A model generated the notes under the pieces. The model worked only from the letters and a program-made list of their open reading frames with translations. It did no database searches and had not been told where the DNA came from. Shown here in pieces: positions 12,287 to 23,040 of a stretch of DNA of 64,000 bases; position 1 is the stretch's first letter; each line of letters starts with the position of its first letter. The position numbers and the translations under genes are program-made. The DNA comes from Nageia nagi. Lineage: Eukaryota; Plantae; Pinophyta. The stretch is taken from NCBI GenBank assembly GCA_050084985.1, contig JBITNC010000002.1:9052001-9116000 (forward strand). The letters run 5' to 3'.

Positions 12287-15200
12287 TCAAACTTCACTCC
12301 CCCTTGAGGGCAACTTCACCAACCCGAGAGAATCCCTAAGCTTGCTGAATTGAGCTTCAGGAAGGGGCTTGGTGAATAGATTAGCAGAGTTTTCAGTAGA
12401 TGGATAATACTCCAAGTGTATGATGTCATCTAGAACCTTCTCCCTGATAAAATGGGCTTGGATTTCCACATGTTTGGTTCACTGATGGAACACAGGATTC
12501 TTAGCCAAAGAGATAGTCGATTGATTATCTGAAGAAATAAGAGATGGGCCATTTTGCTTATACCCAATTTCGTTCAGAAGATGCCTCAGCCAAATAGCTT
12601 CTTGGGCGGCAACAGACATGGCTCGATATTCAGCTTCGGTGGTAGAAAGAGTCACAGTTGGTTGCTTCTTGGAAGCCCAAGAGATAGCACCTGAACCAAT
12701 GCTGAACACATATGCAGAGGTTGATTTTCTGTCATCTCTATCTCCCCCATAATCAGAATCTGAGAACCCTGAGAGAACAATTGAGGGCACTTTGGAATAC
12801 TTAAGAGCAAGATCCTTTGTCCCTGCCACATACCTCAAGATTTGCTTCACAGCATTGAGGTGTTCAACATATGGTTTTTGCATGAATCGTGCCATCAGAT
12901 TCACTGCAAAGGCAATATCAGGACGAGAGATAGTCAGATACAGAAGACTACCGATCAATTGCCTATAAGCTGTAGCATCGACCAACTGAGAATCTGAGCT
13001 CAGTGATACAACGATTCCAGGAGAAATAGGTATTGCAACATATCTACACTCCTCCATTCCAAACTTTTGCAAGATGTCTGATATATACTTAGATTGACTA
13101 AGATAAGTACAATCTTTGTGTTGGTATACTTGCATTCCAAGATAGTAATGCAATAGACCTAAATCAGTCATTTCAAATGTTGCCTTCAGTTTGGATATGC
13201 ACTCTTGGATGATTTCAATATTGTTGCCTGTTATGAGAAGATCATCCACATAAAGGAGAATTAAGACCACGTCTTTTCCTTGATTGAGTACATAGAGATC
13301 TGAGTCGGAGAAGCACTTGGAAAAACCAATATCTGCAAAGAATCCTGAAATTTTCTTGTACCATGCTCTAGGTGCTTGTTTAAGTCCATACAAAGACTTC
13401 TTTAGCTTGCACACAAGAGACTCTTTTCCTTCTGGAATAAATCCTTCTGGTTGATTCATGTAGATTTCAACATCCAAGTCACCATTGAGAAATGCACTCT
13501 TGACATCAAGTTGGAAAACTTTCCATCCCTAAGCTGCAGAAAGAGCAAGGATTATCCTAACAGTAGGCATTTTGGCCATAGGAGCAAAGGTTTCCTCATA
13601 ATCAATACCATATTTCTGAGCGAACCCTTTGGCCACTAACCTTGCTTTGTATTTTTCAACTTCTCCATCAGAATTGTACTTGACCTTGTAAATCCATTTA
13701 TTTCCAATCACATTTTTCTGATTGGGATAAGGAACCAAATCCCAAGTTTCATTTTCCATGAGTGCCTCGTACTCAACTTTCATAGCTTCCATCCAACACT
13801 CTTGCTTGGAAGCTTCTTTGAATGTTGATGGCTCATTCATATTATCAATTTTGGCAAATAAGGATTTATTCAAGGTCATACTTCTTGTAATTCTCTGAGC
13901 TGGAGAATTTTGTTCTTGTGGTGACTTTCCTACATGATCATCCAACCAGTTAGGTGCAGGCATAGAACCTTCTGAATCAGACACCTCAGCATGAGAAGTC
14001 GTATCCTCAGGAAGTTCATTGAACTTGACATCCCTAGAAATAAAGACTGTTTTATGGGATGAGGAGTAGAGCCTGTAACCTCTATGCTGATTATCATACC
14101 CCACAAAGATGCATTTTTTCTGATCTTTTGTCTAGCTTCTTTCTTTTCTCTGAGGTAATGTAGGCAAATGCATCACATCCAAAGACCCTGAAGTGTGAGA
14201 TGTTAGGTTTCTTTCCTGTCCATGCTTCATATGGAGTTTTTCCTTCAACTGCTTTAGTAGGACACCTATTTAGGGTGTGAATAGCAGTGTGAACAGCTTC
14301 TCCCCATAAGAAATTAGGAAGGTTACCCAACATGCATCTTACCATTTCCATAATGGTGCGATTCTTTCTTTCAGCAACTCCATTTTGCTGAGGGGTGTAA
14401 GGGATTATGAATTATCGCTTGATCCCATGTTTAACATAATAATCGTTAAACTCATTGCTATTATATTCACCCCCATTGTCAGATCTCAACATTTTGATCT
14501 TAAAATCAGTTTGATTTTCAACATGTGCCTTGAAGTCTTTAAATCGATCAAAAGTTTGATCCTTGTGCTCAAGTAGATAACCAAATGTCATCCTACTGAA
14601 GTCATCAATGAAGGTCAGAACATAAGAAGCTCCCCCTAGAGACTTAGTCTGAAATGGACCCATCAAATCTGAATGCACAAGCTGAAGAGGACGAGTAGCC
14701 CTGGTTGCCTTATCCTTTTCAAACTTTTGCCTATTCATCTTTCCAAGAATGAACCTTTCACAAAGACCAATTGTGGGTGAAATATTAGGTAAACCTTCCA
14801 TAAGTTCTTGATTTTTCATATCTTGAATACTCTTGTGGTTAAGGTGCCCTAATCGTTGATGCCAAAGATTACCTTTTGAACACACATTTGTAGCAAGACA
14901 AATCTTTGAAGGTACTTGATCCACAATATAAAGGTCATTCTTTACTGATCCTTTCATCAAAGTGGCAAGTCCTTTCTTAACACACCAGGAGTGTGAGGTA
15001 AACTCAAATGAGCATCTTGTTCTTGTAATCTGAATTACTGAGATAAGATTCATCCTTAGCTTAGGCACATAAAAGACATTATCAAGTGCCTTTCCATGAA
15101 TCTTCACATTCCCTATTCCTTGAACATCAAGGACTGTATTATCACCTATCACAACTGTATCCTTGTTGTACTTATGAAAATTTTCAAACTTATCCTTTTC

Positions 15201-16096
15201 ATAACACATGTGATTAGTGCATCCTGAATCAATAATCCAATCATTTGAAATAGTTTGAGTCATTGAGTAGTAGGCAACAGAAGCAGCATGCTTGTTCTTC
15301 TTTTTATTATTGAAATTTCTCACATTTGCATTTCCCTTTCCTTTTTGAGCAAATTTCTTTTTGTGACAATCATACTCTTTGTGCCCAAAGATGCCACAGA
15401 AGTTACAATTCCCATCAAACTTTTTCTGCAATGTTGGTTTGCTTGATCTAGCTTTGTCATTCCTTTGCTTGAAGTTGCTGTGCTTCCTGATGGTAGATGA
15501 GGATTTGTTGTCTTTGAATTTATAATGTTTGAACGTCTTCTTGAAAGGAGTTTTGGTTGCTCCTAGAGCAATGCTATTATCCTTTGGAGAAATGTTCAAC
15601 ATTTTCTTGTTCAAAGTTTCCTCATGCTTCAGAAGGAGTCTAGAAAGATTATCAAGGGAGATAACATCTTCTTCATCATCGAGCCTAGTCTCCATAACAT
15701 CTTCTTCATCATCTTCTTCATTTTGTTCAAGTAGATTGAGGCACTTTCATCTTCTCCTTGACGATACTGCAACAACTTTTGTAGAATGGTGAACCTTCTT
15801 GAAAATTTGGACCCAAGGTAAATTTTCTTTAGTCTGTCCCAAGCTTCTTTTGTTGATGTTGAGGAAGAAATCATGAGAAGGATGTCATCTGAAACTGCAC
15901 GATAGATCATTGAGGTTGCTAACTCATTCTTTGAGTTGTAAATTTCAAGGGCCTTCTCATCTATAGGAGCAACTAGATCTTCATTTACTGTCTGCCACAG
16001 CTTCCTTGCCTGTAACTCAGCTCTCATACGAGGTTCCCATATGCCGTAGTTGGAACCGTCGAGTATGTGCTTGGGTATGAAGGTCTCAAATATTAT
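12287..16096 (-). pseudogene. Copia gag-pol polyprotein (disrupted)
   Basis: LDGSNYGIW gag start, CNFCGIFGHKEYDC zinc knuckle, WIIDSGC protease, LWHQRLGH/RSDNGGEY integrase, YVDDL RT, SDSDYGGD RNase H. Stops at ~14412, ~13529 and ~12479; frameshifts at ~15720 and ~14110. Confidence 0.95.
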
Positions 16097-16224
16097 CTGT
16101 ACAAAAAATAAATATGCAATAAGAATGCAAATTTTACAAGTTTCCATCTATACAAATCAAACATAAGTAAACATGTCCCACATGTGCAAACTTATAACCA
16201 CGATCCGTAGATGAATAATGTTGG

Positions 16225-16700
16225 GGTTGTTTTCTTATGTAGAATTAGGCCTTCACCTAGATGCCCGCAAGGTGGAGCCCAGGTACTACCAGTCCTCAAC
16301 CAGTTCACCTTGGTCAGTGATATACTCTCACAAGGAGAAGTACCTACTATTTTCCAAGGATCCGACGTATCTTGGACTGGCCATTTTAATTATCTTGATT
16401 AAGGTTTTTAGTTTTCCTCCTAGGTTATCAGGATAATCCCTGAATGGACGTGCGAACATGTGGTATCACTACACACATGCCTATCCACCTAATAGAGTTA
16501 TGTCCAATCCAACAGAGGTCTTAGGGGCAATTAAGATGGACTTACCACCACTCGGTTCTTCGGACTAAAAGGGCTCCAGTCTGCCCTGTCCTCACCTTGT
16601 GGCTCCCCAAACAAGTCATGTTGTGGAAGAATACGTGCGGATGTGTTCATTTTAGGGGTTACTTTTCAATATTTGTGTTTTTGCAAGTATAAGCAAATTG
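16225..16700 (-). promoter_or_regulatory. Conserved non-coding leader block of the Copia family (putative cis-acting RNA)
   Basis: Aligns colinearly with 43830-44300 in copy 2 while flanking leader sequence does not. No conserved ORF. Confidence 0.6.
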
Positions 16701-16979
16701 TGCAAAAATATAAGGTAAAGTAAAATTGCATCATCCACATGAGCTTTGAAAAACCTAAAAAAGTCCAATGGGTTTTGTACTAACCCCTAAAGGACTTTTA
16801 CATTTTGTATATTTTGCTCAATATATTCAAGTACTTAATGAATTAAAAAAGAACTAAGTCCTACTTAGCATTTAATTCATAACATGCATTGTTCCATGAC
16901 TTAAAAAAAAATTTAAGTAATCATGCATTAAAAATTTAAGTCCTAAGCATGTTTTATTCTTCAAACAAGATAAAAATAC

Positions 16980-17125
16980 TTGCATCATAAGTCTAGCATG
17001 CAATATCTAGATAAGGTTTATAAGAGACATGCATCACATTTTTAAGATAAAGAGACATGCATCACAAGTCTAGCATGCAATATCTAGATAAGGTTTATGC
17101 ATCACAAGTCTAGCATCTAGATAAA
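16980..17125. repeat. Short tandem repeats in Copia leader
   Basis: GCATCACAAGTCTAGCATGCAATATCTAGATAAGGTTTA in ~3 copies. Confidence 0.8.
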
Positions 17126-18039
17126 ATTTAAGTAAAAATTATACCAATTCCCTCCTTTTCACTTAAAGTGTTATCCCTTGAAAAAGTGTATGCTAAGACT
17201 TGTCTTATAAGTATGCATGTTAAGTAAAAAATTTCCCTTATTTACTTAAAAAATAGCATGCTTAGGCTAAAGTACTATGCTTAAAAAAATGCTAAGAGGT
17301 TAGCATTAAAAATTGCATGTGCACTTTTAGTAATTTAATCATGCAATTAGAAATATTCTAAGTACTCCTAAGTGCATTTAATGGGAGCAATTTGACTTGT
17401 AAGCAAGTAAGTAAAAAAAATTAAATGCCTAAGAGGTATATGTGTGCAAGTTGTAATAGGAGACCCATACCCCTACTTCATGCACTTTAATGTTTCTCCC
17501 ACCTTAAGCACTAAAAAATAAAAAATACTCCTAATTCAAAAAATAATTAAATGCTTTTTAGTTGTAAAAATATGACCCCCCCTTTTTCTTCCACCAAGAA
17601 AAGCATACGTTGCTTTTGGAAGAGCAAAAATGCAAGTAGTCCACTTAATGCATTTAAGTGCATTAAAGTGACTAAGAAGTCTTGCAAGAAGTTGGCAGCC
17701 ATCAACCTTGACCATGGGAAGGAGGAAGACCTTTATGGAGGCACTATAGGATAGCCTATGGAGGTGATGGTGACCATGCTTGGAAGAGTAGATGGTTTAT
17801 CAATTTTTGTTCCTTTTGTAGCCATTTTTTTTTCAAGCGAGTATGAGGAGGAGACTCTACTTTTGACCGCTTCTTGTTATTGTTAATCTCACATATAGTT
17901 TCCAGCATAAACTCCATCCTTTTGCCGATGAGGGAGGAGGCACAGCTGACGCGCACGCTGTTGTGAAGGATTCGAGTGGGGGTTATCTGCCGATGAGGGA
18001 GGAGGCGTAGCTCGTGCGCGAGGAGGATGGGAGACACAG

Positions 18040-19010
18040 TTTTTGTTTGAGCCAAACATGAAGCCTGTTCCAAATCTCCCAGTTTTGCACATGCTTTGAT
18101 GACGATGGAAAAGGAGAAATGATCTGGTTGGACTACTGCTGGTGTTTGTTGCATTTGGCGAAACAGTGTCATTGCCTATCGCAGTCAGTTGGCGAAGGAG
18201 GAGGTCGTGTGAAACATGTTGAAGGAATGGCGGCAAAGGTTACAAAGTTTGGCTTTACGTGTGATAATTGCATATGTTTAAAAGTCTCTCTATCCTTTTC
18301 AGGAAATCCATTTTGTGCATATCCTGCGATCATTGCATTCCATGAAACTGTGTCTGCAGTCAAACAACTCGCGTGACTGCTCTACACTTCCACATTTTGC
18401 ATGCATGTCTACCATGGCATTCACAACTACAACACATGATCGAATTCTGGTTTTAAAGAGTTTTCCTACACGCAACGACATTCTTGGGGGATCGAACATC
18501 CAACTAAGGGCTTGACATACTATATATATACACACGATTTGGCTGAAATGCCAAAGAAATTTCCTACGTGAATTCGAAGAAAAATCTACGAAGCAGTGTC
18601 TAATTGTACCATTTTGGGCATATCCTATGATCAATGAACGAGATTGTAGCTTAAGGAGGAAACAATGCGCAGGTCCTGCCATTTTGTGCATAATGGATGA
18701 GGCAGTTTGTCAGACAATGGTCACGGGTAGCTATTTTGTACATCTCCTGCGATCATTGCAGTCCGTGAAGCGTAGTCTGCATCTGTTCATGGATGCATGC
18801 GAGCAGGCCACGGAGAGGAAGCATGAGCGGGAGCAGTCCATGGGAGGAGGTCGCTGGTTGGACTACTGTCGCTGTTTGTATTTAAACAGTGTCAATGCCT
18901 ATCGAGGAAAGCCATGTTTTTGGTAACCTAAGATCCACGAGAAGGCTCACGTCATTTTGTCAAACAGTTCCCAGACCCTTTCAATGTATTCAATTTGTGC
19001 ATATCCCTTT
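18040..19010 (-). pseudogene. Captured mosaic of PLS-class PPR gene fragments inside Copia leader
   Basis: Fragments translate as LFRQMQQTPAVVQPDHFSFSIVIKACAKLGDLEQ, VSWNAMIAGYAQNGFPEK..VKPNFVTFAAI and VVVNAMVDMHAKCGSVEQSRELFD. Confidence 0.92.
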
Positions 19011-19509
19011 TTTTTTAATTTATGCACAAATTTAAAAATCCTCCTTATAAAAAATACTATGTAAGTATTTCAAAAACTTGTAAATAAAGTAAAGTCCTCC
19101 TTTATTCTTTTGAGTAGAAAAAAAAATTTGTAATATTTCTCAAATGTTGTATACTAACCCTTTTAAAAAAAAAAAAAAAATGTAGCAATTTAAGCAATTT
19201 GTAAAAATTGCAAGTAAAAAAAAAGGTTAGTATAAGCAATAACAACAAACAAGGAACATCATATTACAATTTTGTTAGCCATGTATTGCCCAAACAAAAA
19301 AAATGAGCTCAACACATAGCAAATAATGTTAGTATCATTAGTGCATAAGCCAAAAATTAAAAAAATGAAGGAGATTATATGAAGGAGGTTATACCTTCTC
19401 TTGAATTTACCTCACCAAGAAGATTAGGATTAAGATCTCCAAATTTGAGAAGGATGAAGAACCTCCAAGATGTAAAAGAAGAGCTTCCACACCAAGCTCT
19501 GATACCAAT

Positions 19510-20013
19510 TGTGAGAATTAGCACTACTCTAATTCCCAAAGGTCCAAGACTATGGAAAGCTCAATCACATTCAACATGCAACATCTACAAGCTACTAACA
19601 CATTCACACAATATGACACCAATATAATGTGGTTCCTCCCTCCTTGGGAGTACATCCATAACTAGTTCTCTATTCTCAATCTATGCCTCTCTTACAACTA
19701 TACTCTTGCTCTCTCCTACACAACCAAGTAGAGTAATCTTACTCCAAAACTTAGATGTGTTTACAAGAGGAGAGGCCCTCTATTTATAGCTTGAGAGCAC
19801 CTCCCTAACCTCCCTTTAACCCAAGGGTTAGGTTAGGGTTACAATAAATGTGTGACCTAACTTTAACCTACCAACTAACCCCATGGTTAGGTCAAAGTCC
19901 ACACATAATAAAGAATTCAATTAATCCCTTAAGGTATCTACATATCCTTTAAGTGATTAATTGAACTTACAAGGAGTTTAGATATTCACAATATTTCATT
20001 ACAAATTCTAACA
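19510..20013 (-). repeat. 5' LTR of Copia copy 1
   Basis: Adjacent to PBS; followed by TSD GAAGT (20014-20018). TATA at 19780-19789. Confidence 0.97.
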
Positions 20014-20132
20014 GAAGTTAGATACTATTTGATTCTTAATGGATTGCACTTACTTATTCATCAACAATCATAGGTTGCACTACTACATTTTAGCGATTTT
20101 GAGTCATACTATGTGTCATAAAATTGTATTTT

Positions 20133-20621
20133 TGAAGGATTTGAACTAGATCTAAACAAATCCTCTAGGACCTTAGACTAGGAAACTCATGTGTACACAA
20201 GATAACACAATCACTCAAGATAACACATCAATATAATGTGGTTCCTCCCTCCTTGGGAGTACATCCACAACTAGTTCTCTTATTCTCAAATCTATATCTC
20301 TCTTACAACTATTCTCTAGCTCTCTCCTACACAACCAAGTAGAGTAATCTTACTCAAAACTTAGATATGTTTACATGAGGAGAGGCCCTCTATTTATAGG
20401 TTGAGAGCACCTCCCTAACCTTCCTTTAACCCAAGGGTAAGGTTAGGGTTACATTAAATGTACCACCAAACTTCAACCTACCAACTAACTCCTTTGGTAA
20501 AGTCAAAGTCTATACATTAAAGAATTCTATTAATCACTTAAGGTATCTACATACCCTTAAGTGATTAATTGAATTTACAAGGAGTCTAGATATTCACAAT
20601 ATTTCATTACAAATTCTAACA
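20133..20621 (-). mobile_element. Solo LTR related to Copia copy 1, nested in the CACTA
   Basis: TG..CA ends, TSD ATTTT. Right ~400 bp closely similar to the copy 1 LTR. Confidence 0.9.
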
Positions 20622-21036
20622 ATTTTGATGTCATGACTCAAGATGCATCATTATTTGGCATCTCTACATTAATCTATATAAAATCAATTTTTTGATGCAT
20701 TAGTTGACTCATTGGTTCACGTATTTTAGTGCATCAAACAATCAATCAAGTGATACATGGAATAAAAAAAGGTACGGATCATGCACATTGATCATGGCAT
20801 GATTCGCTATCAACCGTTGATGCATTCCCTTGATCGACGATGGATTTTTAGTGGCACGTATAATACCTTTGATGAGCAAATAAAGGAGCTTTCTCTTTAT
20901 AAAGGCATTTCTAGGTTTGCATTTTTAGTGATATAGGTCTAAAAGAGTTGAAGACATACTGAAGAACATAGATAGTAGTGTGTATCTGTATTTTGTAGTA
21001 AGTAAAATGTGCATTGCATGCTTTAGCCACCCATGA

Positions 21037-21410
21037 AGCTTGGTAGAGGCCCTCAAAGTTTGGTGGATACCCATGATGTTTTTGACTGTATGTTCAAATG
21101 ATACATCTTCTCATGGAATATGATAATTTCAAGTTACCAAAGACATGGTTTTCCTCAAAAGGCATTGAAATTGTTTCACCAAATACAATAAACACCAATA
21201 GTAATCCAACCAAATGAATTCACCTTTCCCAGCATCCTTAAAGCATGCACCAAATTGAGAGATTTGCAAATGAGTTTATAAATATATCAAAGACTCTTTA
21301 AAATGAAATTTTTATCGAATGTTATAGTTGTGAGTACCCTGTTAGATATATATGCAAAATACAAAAGAGTAGAGAAGATAGACAAATTATTTGACAAGAT
21401 GCATGATTGA
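21037..21410 (+). pseudogene. PLS-class PPR fragment carried by the CACTA
   Basis: Single frame from 21057: SLVDTHDVFDCMFK*YIFSWNMIISSYQRHGFPQKALKLFHQIQ*TPIVIQPNEFTFPSILKACTKLRDLQ...VVSTLLDIYAKYKRVEKIDKLFDKMHD. Confidence 0.9.
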
Positions 21411-22869
21411 AACCTTCATTCCCGTATTTTTGATGCTATAAATGATGCTTTATACATCATGTATAGTGTCAATTATTTGACGCTCAGAATTTGATATATG
21501 ATGTAAGAAATGACTCTATAGTTGATGCTACAAATGATGCTTTGTTTGATAGTACCCTTAGGGTCAATTAATGTGTCATGATTTTTGTGATTTTTTTTTT
21601 AAAATAAAATACTATGGATTGATGCTTTGTGTGATGCAAAATTGCTTAACTGTAGTAGTGTTGGCAAACCTTTAAATTCTATCATCGTGTTAAAGCTTGA
21701 ACTTAATGACTCGCTTATTTCCAACATCTGGTAGCAGAACAAGTTGCTCGCCAACATGTCCAATTTAATGACATATACATTTCTAACAAAAGGATGGAGG
21801 ATAATGGCATGAGAATTATGAGGTTGGTAGGATTTTTTTAGATTTATATATTTGGAGTGGACATGTAGAATGGTGATGTGGCTTTTGATTTTTTTTTTTT
21901 AAATGCTTAACCTTTTATGGCTACCATTTGGGGTTAAATGCAAGCATGTGAATAATATGAGTTGAGATGAGTAATTTTAATGTTAGGCTAGGGTGATAAG
22001 TTAAGGTAATGGATAAATTAGGGGCATATATTTTCAACGTTTATAATAGTTTATCAATTATTTGTACTTGCATTACATTTAATAAATTCTTATGAACTTA
22101 TAATATTCAAGAGCTCGTATCATGGTACAAATGAAGTGAATATCGACTAAGCTTAAAATTTAACAATCAAATACCTATCATTATTATTTTTTATTACCAA
22201 ATAACAAGCTCTTATAACATTAAAGTAAGAATATATATAGAGTTTGAAATTCAATGTTCTAATAACCATCATTTTTTTATGTCAAATAATATGTTGAATA
22301 ATTTCTTGCTTTTTAACCAACACATGCATTATTATATACATTGAAAATTTTAATATTTTAAAATTATTTTTCAACAATTTTATTATATATATATAATTTA
22401 GCAACTACGAAAGAATATAAATAAAATGTTATTTTAAATTATAATTATAATAATTTAAATTATTATATATTGTATTTAATGATGTTCCGTAACAATATAA
22501 AATATTAATTTTAAAATAAAAACTACTTTTTAAAATATCATATAAAAATAAAAATTATTTTTTAAAATATCACAAGAAATTTGTTTCAAGGTAAACATTA
22601 AATTTCAATCTTATACCAATCACCATTCTTTACCAAAAGATATAACGATGAAGAGAAATAGTAAGAGCATACTTATAAACCAAAATTACATAAAATACAA
22701 TTTAAATTCAATAATTCAATCTGAACAATATAATTATTATAAAATTTTAGATAACAAAATGACAAAATTCAAACACAATAATATTAAGTAAATATATCTA
22801 CCTAATCCTTATTTTATTTATTCATACGTATATATATTCAATCAAAACCCCGTTCAAAACCCTCACTCC

Positions 22870-23040
22870 AAAATTTTAAGTGTGTGGAGTTTTAGCAAGC
22901 ATACAGATCATGTCTATGAATTCTTATCTACTCTGGAATTCGTCCCTGTAAGATTTGTCTAATGCGATTTTAGCTAACCCTGAATTCAGCATGGTGATTG
23001 TGGCCTGCTTTAGAAGGCGCTCTTAGCACTACTCTTACAG
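22870..23040 (+). other. Probable first (non-coding) exon of the TAF1B-like gene
   Basis: Transition from very AT-rich DNA to mixed sequence, ending in strong donor CAG|GTAAGA at 23041 followed by T-rich intron-like sequence. Confidence 0.45.

Larger units (their letters stand above)
10795..20013 (-). mobile_element. Full-length Ty1/Copia LTR retrotransposon (copy 1), very young, coding-defective
   Basis: 504-bp TG..CA LTRs at 10795-11298 and 19510-20013 with one visible mismatch. TSD GAAGT. PBS TGGTATCAGAGC (tRNA-iMet) at 19496-19507; PPT AAGGGGGAG at 11299-11307. Order gag-PR-IN-RT-RH. Confidence 0.97.
20078..21660. mobile_element. Non-autonomous CACTA element (Pack-CACTA)
   Basis: TIRs CACTACTACA.../...TGTAGTAGTG with extended imperfect complementarity. 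3-bp TSD TTG on both sides. GATGC/GCATC subterminal repeats; no transposase. Confidence 0.9.

Noticed and set aside
12479-14414. Copia stops (TAA/TAG/TGA) repaired by U-to-C editing using the PPR cargo
   Set aside because: The cargo is fragmentary with no DYW domain, PPR editing is organellar, and frameshifts would remain. Methyl-C deamination explains the stops.
16225-16700. Hammerhead ribozyme (retrozyme-like) in the conserved block
   Set aside because: Only CTGATAA was found on the sense strand, not the CUGANGA...GAAA core with proper stems.
17756-18691. Functional PPR gene
   Set aside because: Motifs are scattered over different frames with stops and junk junctions, inside a TE.
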